DNA of 64,000 bases from Podarcis pityusensis (Eukaryota), in NCBI GenBank assembly GCA_964106645.2, contig OZ067041.1. The stretch is one strand, 5' to 3'. How positions within the stretch are numbered: the first letter of the stretch is position 1; each line of letters begins with the position of its first letter. Below the pieces are notes generated by a model. It was not told the DNA's origin, made no database searches, and was given only the letters and a program-made list of their open reading frames with translations. A program made the translations under genes and the position numbers. Shown piece by piece: positions 38,449-49,008 of this stretch.

Positions 38449-39290
38449 TTCCGGGCGCCTTTTCCCTCCTTCTTTCCCCCCTCACTGGGCTTTGAAACTG
38501 CGCGCGCGCGCGCTGTTCCGATTTCCATCGGCTCTGCCGGCGGGAAAGTTGGCTCTGGAATGTCTGGAATGCGGAACTCCTTCCAACGTTCCCCCTTCCC
38601 TTCCCGCCTCTCCAATGCTCTCGCCTCCTGGCGCGCTCCTATGGTCAGCGCTGATTTGGTCAGCTGGTCCATAGACTCCGCCCTGGGCGCCCGGGAAAGT
38701 TCGTCTTTCACAGCCGAAGAAAGCCCTTCTTCAAAGAGCATTTGAATGGGTTCCGCCGATAGATCCCACCCCAATTTATGGATCAACATGGTGAATTCAG
38801 TCCAGTACTCACGGACAGATCGGCTCCCCTGTTTGCAAGCCATTAACTGTCTGCGGACCACTCCCTGTTCAATATCGCTGGAAAACATCAGATCCATGGC
38901 GCGAAAGAACTTCATCGTGTCCTTTAGGACGTCACTATTCGCTGCCATCAGGGGTCTAACCCAGTCTCTCGCCCCCTTTTCAAGATGCCCAATCACGAAA
39001 GCCACTCGTGATTCCTCGTCAGGGAATTCATCAAACTGCAGATTGAGGGCATATTGCATCTCTGTCCGAAAGCCATGATAGTCTTTGGGCTCCCCCCCAA
39101 ACTTCTGCACCAATCCTGGTACCTTTCTGACGAGCTGGGTGTCTTTCCCCTTTTTGTCTGCATCCTGAGCCCTCCTCTCCTCAAGCCTCGCCGTCTGCAG
39201 CGCTAGCTGGACCTCCAACACCCGGTACCTTTCTTCCAGGCTTGGACCCGCTCCAGCTCCTGCTTCTCCGGTTCCGGCTGGGTTGCTCAT
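38277..39290 (-). CDS. gag: Gag (337 aa), sushi/PEG10-like capsid plus CCHC zinc knuckle
   Basis: ATG in good context (gcatcATG). Capsid-like region RVAFVIGHLEKGARDW...QGSRSVREYWTEF...LFEEGLSSAVKDEL, EPMEIG motif, and zinc knuckle CYLCQQPGHFARVC. Confidence 0.95.
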   Translation of the reverse strand: MSNPAGTGEAGAGAGPSLEERYRVLEVQLALQTARLEERRAQDADKKGKDTQLVRKVPGLVQKFGGEPKDYHGFRTEMQYALNLQFDEFPDEESRVAFVIGHLEKGARDWVRPLMAANSDVLKDTMKFFRAMDLMFSSDIEQGVVRRQLMACKQGSRSVREYWTEFTMLIHKLGWDLSAEPIQMLFEEGLSSAVKDELSRAPRAESMDQLTKSALTIGARQEARALERREGKGERWKEFRIPDIPEPTFPPAEPMEIGTARARAVSKPSEGGKKEGKGARKCYLCQQPGHFARVCPQRKEWQGMVGAVEGREEEIPKQVKANAWLPPSGHSSQAKEQ

Positions 39291-39322
39291 GATGCCTTCT
39301 CCTGCACAAGCTGCTCACGAAG

Positions 39323-39333
39323 ACTGTCGGAAT
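39323..39333 (-). other. Self-priming-type primer binding site (ATTCCGACAGT)
   Basis: Starts 2 nt after the 5' LTR. It does not begin with TGG and is the exact complement of ACTGTCGGAAT inside the LTR (39464-39454 on -). Confidence 0.8.
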
Positions 39334-39335
39334 GC

Positions 39336-39743
39336 TGTGATGGGACGATGAGCTGCTTGTGTGTAAAATCCTAGTCCCTCAGAGTTTGGTCAAGTTTGCA
39401 AACCTCTGTCTGTAACGGAGCCCCTTAAACATGGCTCCGTCAGTCGCTGGCAGATTCCGACAGTGGTTGCTTTCGGAATCGCTTCCAACATAAAAGCTCC
39501 TTAACGGAAACACGTCTTCTGGACTCTCTGCGTGACAGTTTCCGGCGAGGAGTGGGTGTCCCTACAGGAGGTCCTGAAACCTCCCCACTGTTTTCGCTGG
39601 AAGTGTCTCTGAGCCATCCCTCCAGCTCACTTTCCCTCAGCTCAGCTCCTCTCCCCCTACTGGTTCCCTCTTCAGCTGCTGAGTCTCTCCCAACCTGTGT
39701 GAGCCCTTCCACCTCCCTTCCTTCCGATGGCAGTTCCCTGACA
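39336..39743 (-). repeat. 5' LTR (408 bp)
   Basis: TG...CA termini; no differences from 34253-34660 found by eye; lies upstream of gag. Confidence 0.97.
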
Positions 39744-41258
39744 ATACGCTTCAGGTTACAGACTCCACTAACCCAGAAATAGTACCTCAGGTTAAGAACT
39801 TTGCTTCAGGATGAGAACAGAAATTGCGCAGCAGTGGCGCAGCAGCAGCAGCGGGAGGCCCCATTAGCTAAAGTTGTGCTTCAGGTTAAGAACAGTTTCA
39901 GGTTAAGAACGGACCTCTGGAATGAATTAAGTACTTAACCCGAGGTACCACTGTACATGGAAATGAGATCAACCAGAAGCCGTGCAGGAAGGCTACTCTT
40001 CCACTTTTGTTCCTGTTTGCCAGGATGGGGGAATCAAGTTCACAGTAATGACTTAAAGCAGGTATTGGGAATCTGCAGCCCTTGATATGTTGTTGGACAT
40101 CTCCCGTCATCTCAATCCTGATCATTGGCAATTATGGGTGAGGCGGATGGGTGCTGAGAATCATACACCATCCAGGGGCTCATAGGTCCTCCATGTCTTG
40201 ACCTAAATGATGATGGGATTCAGCCTCAATATGGTTGTAAAATGTCATCCCCAATAAGCCCAGCTGTGTTGTGAATTAGCTCTCCTATTAGCTCAAAACT
40301 GAGGGTTGGGACACATGTTAAACTCAACATAGGGTTGCTGCTGAAAATAGGCTTATGGTGATGTGTTCTCCCTGGTCCAGTCCTATGATATTCAGCTGCT
40401 TACTGCATGGATCTCCTCTGTCATCTTCTGAGATTTTACATTCCTTGACACGTGTTTGTGTTGTCCAATTTCAGTAACGTTTATGGGAAATTTCATATTT
40501 CTTAGTTTAATTTAGGTACTGTTGATAAAATACTTGACGATTTAGATGGCTATTACTTTGTCCATTGTCCATCAAATATGAAATGCATCTGTTCTCTCAA
40601 TCCTAAATATCTAGAAAATATTATATCTGTACTAAAATTTAGCATCTAAGGAGCAATTAAGTGAGAAGAGTTGCTTCTTTATATAAAAACCATGGTCTTA
40701 GGAAGCTGCCATCTACAGTGATCTGTTATCACTGCTAACATCAAAATCCCATGCCAAATTCTCGCAAACACTTTAAATATAAATGCTGCTCCAACACATA
40801 TATTATTAGGTTTGGTTTTTTTAAAAAAAATACTCTTTACCCTGTTGGATTAGTCAGCATCCCAGGGATTAATCATTTGGATTTAGTGCAGTAAACACTT
40901 TGTAGTGTAATTTAAACATGCAGTAAGAATAATGCCTTGCACCATTATTCACAGCATGTCTTTAAAATATAGTAATCAGCAAGCTCTAGCTGGTATCAAA
41001 TTTGCAGGGCAAATGCATCTAGAGATTATTGCTGGTAACCTTATTTAGTTTTACTTCATTCTGCAAAGAGAGTAAATTTTATTTTATTTTAAACCATAAA
41101 TTCAAGAATAGAATATATAGAATTCTTTGGTCAACTCCTTAAGAGTTCAACTATGGTTATGTTACATAATTTCCTTTTGACAGTTGGCTAAGTTAGCATC
41201 ATTGTTATATCTGAATGAAGCAGAAGCTAGCTTTATTCTACCTTCATCATTCTTGTTA

Positions 41259-41500
41259 CAGGGGTACCTCAGATTAAGTACTTAATTCTTTCTGGAGGTC
41301 TGTTCTTAACCTGAAACTGTGCTTAACCTGAAACACCACTTTAGCTAATGGGGCCTCTTGCTGCTGCTGCGCCGCCAGAGCACAATTTCTGTTCTCATCC
41401 TGAAGCAAAGTTCTTAACCGGAGGTACTATTTCTGGGTTAGCAGTGTCTGTAACTTGAAGTGTATGTAACCTGAAGTGTATGTAACCCGAGGTACCACTG
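41259..41500. mobile_element. MITE, same family (intact copy, opposite orientation)
   Basis: TA-CAGGGGTACCTCAG...CCGAGGTACCACTG-TA with internal CTTAACCTGAA repeats. Confidence 0.9.
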
Positions 41501-44488
41501 TATTGTTGAGCTGGACCTAGACTGAGCTAAAGTCCTAGCTGATGTAGAAGATCCCATTAAAATCAAAGTGAAAAATAGAGTTGTGACTAAGTACAATTAA
41601 TATGACTGGGAACTAAATGTAACTAACCTAGTCTGGATCCAATCTGTAATTGTCATCACCATTGTATGATGATGATGATAATGATCATAGCTACCATTAC
41701 AAGACTGAAAATAACATAGACCCTGCACACATGCTGACAATTAAGAGTATTTTGTTCTTTATGAAAACAGAGAGATTGGAACCAATAATTTTCTATTCTT
41801 AAACCAGTATTTTCTATCGTTAAGGTTGGATGGAAGGGAACCTATATCTCATTCCAAACCTGCATAGTTTTCACAATGTAGACCTGAATGACTAGGGTGA
41901 GAGTCAAACTAGATATTATTTTAATCATATGGTGAACAACCACATCAGGAGATTATTTTTAAAAAAAATTAAAGTGTGCTCACTCCATCAGCACCCATCC
42001 TAAAATATGAGGGGGGTTTTTAATGTAATATAATGCTAATTAATATAGTACTAAGTGCACTGGCACTTTAGCATGCATTTATCCAACTGCAGATCCTTTT
42101 AGCTGGAGGTGGTAGGGCAGGGGCCTCTCTCTCTACAAGTCACACCCGTCAGTGGTCCTGCTGTATGCCCTCCCTCAGTGTTGACATTTCTATTCCACCT
42201 TAAGGAACAGGCATGAGATTGTTGCATGTTACATGTCTGTTTACATTCCAGCACAGTATGCTGGGAACTTCCGTTTGTGTATAGCTTTTGCTGTTCTTTC
42301 TGAGACGACAGGAGAGAGAGACGACATGTTTCTTTGTTCTGATTTATGTTTAATAAATCTGTAGCTGTAGAATGATTTCACAAGCCTCACGCCTATTCTG
42401 TGTGCGCAGTACACTCTGCTAATAGTGTGCCCTGGCTTTTGAAGTCCGGGTCCCTGATTTACGTCGGAGCATGGGACTTGCCGATCAGAAGGTGCACTTC
42501 ACCCGGCTGGAATACTTTGTTGAACTGTGATCATGCCTCTTCTTTACCTGCAGTTGCAGATCTTGGGGTCTCAAATTTTAGAGGCACCCTGTGTAACACC
42601 AAAATCTGGCACCCCTTCCTCCCACCTCTCACCTTCCATTGGATGCCATAGTTCTGGAGCCTCAGTACTACAGAAGCTCTGTGCCTGGTGTGACTGCACT
42701 AGTTGTGCTCCCCCAGATCTCCCTTTGTTACCTGGATGGAGAGATCTCTGTGTAGAAACATCTGACCTTTGCATGGATAAAATGTAACTTACTGTGCAAA
42801 GGTAAGAGTCACCCCTTGCTCCATGCACTTTTCCCTCTGGCCCAATCCAACACTGGTATAGTATTGTGTTGCATTGTGGAGTTTTTAACTGAATAACTTT
42901 TTTAAGGTTGGATACTGCTTTGGGACTGATATAGAAGGCAGTATATAACAATTTTTAAATATTAATAAATAATCACTCTTAATATGCACACTTTTATTTG
43001 GAAGCAAAATAAAAACAAAACCCTCCAATACTGGTAGCTGTATGTGCCTCCAACCAAGAAATTCAGAGCCTGAAATCCAGTCAATGAATTCAGAAGAAAA
43101 GCAATTTGTCTATGTGACTGAATGGAAAATTTTGGAATTGTATTTGCAAAGCAAAGATTTTGCCTCTAAATCCCAAGCAGCAGCATATTTGAGACCTGGA
43201 AATGTTGGTGGATTCTGATGCATCAGTATTTAGATTGAAATCAGATTTAACATATTTGCAGGTGACAATCAGTTCCAAGTTGATGAACTCAGTTGGCTGT
43301 GATAAAATAAGGATGTTGGATTTAGTTCGGAACAGGTGTGTGGTTCTGTGTGTCCATCTGTGCTGTGTTCATAGTATACAGAATCTTTTCTGCCCTTCTT
43401 CTCTGAATGCAAAGCACCCTTAAAAGGATTTTGGTTTATTATGAGATACAGGCCAGTCTTCTTTTCCTCTTCTAATCAGGAAACTAAATGATCTCACTTC
43501 AAAGGTGCTCTTTGAAGAATGCCTACTTGATTACTGAGCAAAGGGGGAGGGGGCTAATAAAATATTTACGCAGATAGGTCCGAGCCTAAGATTTGTATCT
43601 TCACACACACCCGAAGTTCAAAGTTATTAAGGCTGAAAAAGGTTCGGTTTTGCACCTCCCTGTCTCTTCTGATGTTCCTGCCACATATATCCATGCAGAT
43701 TAAAAGCCCAATGACTTTATTACACTCTGTGATTCACTCATGTGCTTTAAACCTGGTTGGTCTGGTTGCCAGCTGCCAGTTTCTTGCCTTAAAACACAGG
43801 TAAAATGTAAGGAGTGCTGCAAAGACACCCACTACTTCATTCACCTCTAGCTTTGGGCTCATATTTTGGCATAGTATGGTATATAAAAGTGGCAAGGAAT
43901 CAAGTGTCCTGATGCATTGCCTCAGCCAGTATATAGACATGGAGACATTTTCAGTGATAGTTTCTGATGGTCCCCACGTCTACTTTCTCATTCTGTTCTT
44001 ATACTACTTATACTACTAATATGGTAAGAAGATAAGAGGAGCCTGCTGGATCAGGCCGAGGGCCCATCTAGTGCAGCAAACCGTTATCACAGTGGGCTGG
44101 ACAAGGTAACTGTTAGATGGATTGGTAGCTGGTTGACTGAACAAACTCAGAGTGCTCACAAATGTTTCCCCGTCAACCTGGAAACAAGTAACAAGTGGGG
44201 TGCCACAGGGTTCTGTCCTGGGCCCGTTGTTGTTCAACATCTTTACAAATGAGCTGGATAAAGGAATTGAGGGGGTGCTCATCAAATCTACAGATGACAC
44301 CAAACTAGGAGTGTAGCTAACGCCACAGAAGACAGAAACAGGATTCAAGTTTACCTTAACAGATTTGAGAACTAACAAAATGAATTTCAATAGGGGCAAA
44401 TGTAAGGTTCTACACTGAGGCAGGAATAACCTGCTGCACAAATATAAGATGAGTGACAGCTGACTTGCCAGTAGTACATGTGAAAAGG

Positions 44489-46613
44489 GACTTCCGGAGG
44501 TGGCGCCACCGGCAATGGCGGACTCCCTCTGAACTGGAGGGACTGGCTCCACGGTAAACAGGGTCTACTCTGCTACGGCGAAGCGGGGACCCCTTCCAAA
44601 TCACAGGCGGATGAAGCCTGTGACCGTGGGACTCGGCGGGCACCTTTAGCGCCCCCCCAATCCGCTAAGGAACCCATAAACGGGCTCCGAAGTGAGGAGG
44701 GGGAAGTGGCGCGGTGCTGTGAGTCAATCGCTATTTCCGTGGAGCGAAGCCGCACAGCTGCTGCCGGAGAGCGCTGCCTTTTTTTCCTGGGACAATTTGG
44801 ACTTTAAAACAAGCACCCGTGAGTACTTAGAATTCGAACAAATGGGATATCAAATAAAGATTTGCGAGAAGGACAGAATTGGACTATAATAAAAAAAAAG
44901 TTATCGAATTTGGTACGGAGTGGGAAGGGCTAAACAGGAAGTCACCCTCCCGTTCTTTTGTAAACAGAATAAAGCAAAGGCAATTTACACTAGAGCTTAG
45001 AAAATCGTCTTTAAAAGAGTGGATTTCAACATTTTAAACTGGGAATCTTTTTTTCGGACTATTTGAGTAATTGCAAAAGGAAGTTATTTCCCTCCGTCCT
45101 GATCCTGGAGCGGGGTGTCAGGACTGACGTGAGTTTACCAAGATAATTGTCTTTTGACAGATAGCTAAAAGAAGAGAAACTTTGTGATTCCACTGTTCCC
45201 TTTCGCATTTTAAAGGAATATATATGGACAAAGTATCTTAAGTATTTTTTTGGGGGGGAAGGAAACTTTCTAGCAAAAATAAATATAAGTCTTCCCCCTA
45301 GGGGGAGCTTGTGAAACTGTAACTAACTCCAGGAAATTGACAGCTGTTACAAAATAACCGTGGGAAAGTATTTGACTGTGCAAGACAATGTATTCAGAAG
45401 CCTTGGTCTGCGCTTTTTACAAAACAAATGCTCTACTGGAAGAATTACATGATAAGGTGAATTGGATGGCCATTTCGACTAGAAATCTTAAACAGGCAGT
45501 GGAATGTTTTGACCAGACTGTGGGAAAACATGTGGAGCCCATTCAGGATTCAAACCAGGAGTGTGTTTTGACAGAACAGGAGTCTGTGGCATTAAATCAG
45601 CAGTATGTTTTGACAGAACAGACCCAACAGGAGTATGATCATTCGGACTGGACAAATGAATTTGGAAAAAGTCAGATCCAGAATGGGAAAGTTCGGTGTG
45701 GCTTGGAAATGGGGGGTTGGATTGACCCCCCTATGTTGGGATCTCTGGACTCTTTAAATATGGTAATGGGCTGCGATATGTTTGGGACTGTGGGGGCTCT
45801 CAATTTTGGAGGGCCCTTGAAACATGCCTTTAAATACTACATGGAATGCAGCGATGAATACGGAAAAGGGTCTGATCTGACAAGAAGGGTTAAAAACATT
45901 ATTAAGTTGGAGCTACCACGAGCAAGAGACATTGTCAAGCTGGAGTTACCACGAGGAGATAAGGGAAATTACAGTTACAAATATGAAGAAGAGCTGCGGA
46001 AGGGCCATGGAAGTGACCTGAGGACCTCGGACATAAGGTTACCGGGTTAGACTGATGGGAATAAGGACTGACAAATCCCGGAACCAGGAGGAAGGGACGT
46101 TGGATAAAGATTGGACTTGTCTATATCATCCTTTTACTCTTTCGTTATTATCAGAATGTTTTATAAAGTTGATGAATGATAGAAAAATGTTGGAAGAAAT
46201 TACCTGACTTTAGTAAAGATGCATAAAGAAGTATGAAAGAATATGACGATTATAAGAAGCTGGTAAGGTTAAGACTTAAGTTTTAAACTTTAAGGTTTAT
46301 TTTATTATAGAAAGATAGGATTAAATTAGTCGAGGTAATGTAATGATAGAATCTTATGAAACATGGAAAGGAAAGGATTTGCTGGGATAAGTAATAACTA
46401 GAATACAAAGGAAGGGAGGAGGAGGAGGTCTACGAAAGTAGGTAATGACAGTCAAGGGTCTGAAAATAATGAACCTGTTTTATTTTTGTTCTTTACTCTT
46501 TTTTCTGTATTTTCTATTTTTTTGTATTTTTACTTTTTGTATTTTTTTTTTTTGTTTCTGTGTAACTTTTGTATCCTTTGAAATTTTAATAAATATCATT
46601 TAAAAAAAAGAAA
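44489..46613 (+). mobile_element. 2.1-kb non-autonomous L1-type retroposon, apparently full length
   Basis: TSD GAAAAGG at 44482-44488 and 46614-46620, interrupting a CR1 fragment. CpG-rich 5' end GACTTCCGG...ATGGCGG, T-rich 3' UTR, AATAAA at 46588 and an A tail. No RT or endonuclease coding visible. Confidence 0.8.
45388..46050 (+). CDS. Orphan 220-aa ORF within the non-autonomous retroposon
   Basis: ATG-initiated ORF with a heptad-like N-terminus and internal repeats (QECVLTEQ/QQYVLTEQ; IIKLELPR/IVKLELPR). No family recognised. Confidence 0.4.
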   Translation: MYSEALVCAFYKTNALLEELHDKVNWMAISTRNLKQAVECFDQTVGKHVEPIQDSNQECVLTEQESVALNQQYVLTEQTQQEYDHSDWTNEFGKSQIQNGKVRCGLEMGGWIDPPMLGSLDSLNMVMGCDMFGTVGALNFGGPLKHAFKYYMECSDEYGKGSDLTRRVKNIIKLELPRARDIVKLELPRGDKGNYSYKYEEELRKGHGSDLRTSDIRLPG

Positions 46614-46646
46614 GAAAAGGATCTAGGGATCTTAGCAGACCACAAG

Positions 46647-47039
46647 CAGGGGCAAACGAAGGCTAACTGACACCCGGGGCGGGGCAAACCGACGTTTGCG
46701 CATTTTGCGCTGCTATGTACAATGTACGCATAGCGTCGCTATGTAGGGCGCGTGTGCAGCGTTCCCACCTACAGTGCATGCTTGCGACACTGCGCATGTG
46801 TCGTACATAGTGGTTTGCCGCCAGCGCCGCTCGAACACCGTACGGATGATGGCGGGATCCTCTGCTCGTGGCTGCAGCTGCGAACGGAGGATCCTCCACA
46901 TGCAGCTGCGGTGGCGCAATGGCTGCTCACGCTGCCGCACCCGGGGGTGGTGGGGCAAGCACCCCGCGGTGTGCCTTCTTGTCACATACACCCCGACATG
47001 GCACCTGGGGCATACCACTACCCCCTTGCAACGCCGCTG
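46647..47039. mobile_element. CpG-rich hAT-type MITE (393 bp)
   Basis: 8-bp TSD ACCACAAG at 46639-46646 and 47040-47047; imperfect TIRs CAGGGGC.../...CGCCGCTG. Confidence 0.8.
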
Positions 47040-49008
47040 ACCACAAGCTTAATATGAGTCAACAGTGTGATGCAGCAACCCCAAAAAGCTGTGGTTTTGC
47101 GCAACTGGTATTCAAAAGTATTACTGCTTCCAGTGGTGGAGGCACAAGTATAGTTTTCATGGCTAGTAGCCATGCAACTGAAGCAACCCACTGGCAAAGC
47201 CGTATAATTGTTCTCATTATTTTCTTGCTTATTCCATTCCTATTGAAAGCTTTCCCCTCACCCCTCTAAATAAAACTTGTGAAATGGGTGGTTGAGATCT
47301 TAGTCATATTGCTACAAAACTTAATGAGTGTTTCTCTTTCTGACATATTTTAAAAGAGCCCAGATGTAGTAACTAACTGAATTGACCTTTGATAACTGCC
47401 ACTCTTGTGTGCCTGTGAGCAGATTTCAACCAAAACAAAAAATTACAGGAAGCTGTTCTTGCTAAATCAAATTGGATGCTTATGTAGCACTTTGTATCTT
47501 CAAAGCGATTCATGGGCATTAGCATGCGTCACCCTAAAGGGCTTGGGAATTTGCTTAGATTGTTAGCCTTGTGGACAGAGGCAGCATCACGCTGCTTCTT
47601 GTTATAGGTGTAAAGAGCAGTGATTAGCCTACAGTGTAGAGGAGAAGAGGAAAATTAGCCACTCACTTCTATTTACCAGTTCTGCCCCCTCTTTAAATCC
47701 CCTCTCCTCCTTCTTCACACTCCTCTCATTCACTTTAACTCAACAATGACTAATGAGGCCAATTTGATGCCAATTAGTTGCCATAGGAAATGACTGCTAA
47801 TTGTAGCAGCCAAGGTGTCAGCTCCAAAATGCTCAAGGTGTGTCTGTGCATGTGATGGCCAGCATGCCCCCTCCCTTTAATCTTCACCTGGGGGCTGATT
47901 AGTTTCTTTGTATTTGTTGCAAAATGTTGTTAATTAGGAGCTAGGGACAAGGAAATTACAGCCCTCAAGGCTTAATTGGGAAGCTCCTGTGGAGGCTTTT
48001 ATGACTATAAACTCCTTTTTTTAAGATGCAGGTTTAATGGTTTGCTCTTCGCCCTTATAGTTGAGGACTACAAAGTGCTAGAGTACTCATTTTCCACACT
48101 AAAGGAACAACAGATGTAGAACGTCAAAAAGATGGTGGATCACCAAAATTGAAGAAGCATGAGAGAAATTGATTCACAAAAGTGCCCAAGTTTACTGAAG
48201 CCAAGCACATTTTGGAAATCCAGCTTTCTTCTTAACAGGCAATCAGGTGAAAAGTGCGTCTTGAGTCCTGGGCATTCCTGAATCAAACACCTTTGAGCAG
48301 GGTAACCAATGTGGTACTCACAAGAGGTTGTTGAACTACAAACTCCATCAGCCCCATCCAACATGGCCAATGGCCAGGGATAATGTGAGGTGTTGTCCAA
48401 CCACATCTAGAGGACACCACTTTAGCTACCACATCCCAAAGAAATATCCTAGCTAGAGTCATGAAGCATACTCTCTGGATTGCCTCTGGAGAAGAAAATT
48501 GTATTTCCAAAATGCTTTGGGATTGCGTAAGGACAGAAACTTTTGAGAATTGACTCCTCTCTCATTTCTTGACTGAATGGTGCCTTTCATATTTGCTTTC
48601 TAGATAACCAAAATCCCAACAAGTGGGGAAAATTGTGTGGAACCCCAGATTTTGGCTTTGCAAGGAGCTTGTTAGAGAAGTATGTACATCTTCTGTTGAG
48701 TCACAACTGAATCAAATGTGAAATGACTCACCTGAAAACCACTAGGTTGGAGCTTATCTGAAAGGTCTGATTGTAGTGCTTTGCTGTGCACCCATCACGT
48801 TCCACAAGGATGCCCTCAGGAGCCAGGGGCCCAGTTACAGAAGATAAAAACCTCCACCAAAAGCTCATCAATAAGTTGTATATACAACACAGTCCAAAAA
48901 GCCAGAGAATTAGTTTATGTCCAAATATGATCCAGAGACAAAGTCTGGCAACAGTCCAAAGTCAGTATTTTTAGCTGTGATTCCTGCATTGCAGGGGTTG
49001 AACTAGAT

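Larger units (their letters stand above)
34253..39743 (-). mobile_element. Full-length Ty3/Gypsy LTR retrotransposon, chromovirus (Tf1/sushi group), apparently intact
   Basis: Two 408-bp direct repeats (TGTCAGGG...CATCACA on -), 5-bp TSD ATACG at 34248-34252 and 39744-39748, uninterrupted gag and pol ORFs, PR-RT-RH-IN-chromodomain order, and a PPT. Confidence 0.98.
34213..39953. mobile_element. Tc1/mariner-superfamily (pogo/Tigger-like) MITE of about 245 bp, split by the LTR element
   Basis: TIRs CAGTGGTACCTCGGGTTA...TAACCCGAGGTACCACTG flanked by TA. The halves 34213-34252 and 39749-39953 rejoin to match the intact copies at 41259 and 50719. Confidence 0.9.
44100..47090 (+). mobile_element. 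Decayed CR1 LINE RT fragment, interrupted twice
   Basis: 44180-44310 reads [40 protein letters not shown]. It continues across the inserts as ..TCEK|DLGILADHK|LNMSQQCDAA. Confidence 0.88.

Noticed and set aside
37964-38674. 236-aa + strand ORF (and others such as 35672-36220, 34469-34921) inside the retrotransposon
   Set aside because: Antisense shadows of gag/pol codon usage, with no recognisable domains.
39440-39712. 90-aa ORF in the 5' LTR
   Set aside because: Only the LTR duplicate of the Pol C-terminus; GTG start, and mostly upstream of the inferred TSS.
39749-39953. Short repeated CAGGTTAAGAAC units resembling an array or CRISPR
   Set aside because: Irregular sub-terminal repeats of a eukaryotic MITE, present in all copies.
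46663-47269. Five overlapping ORFs on both strands
   Set aside because: Artefact of the GC-rich MITE lacking stop codons.
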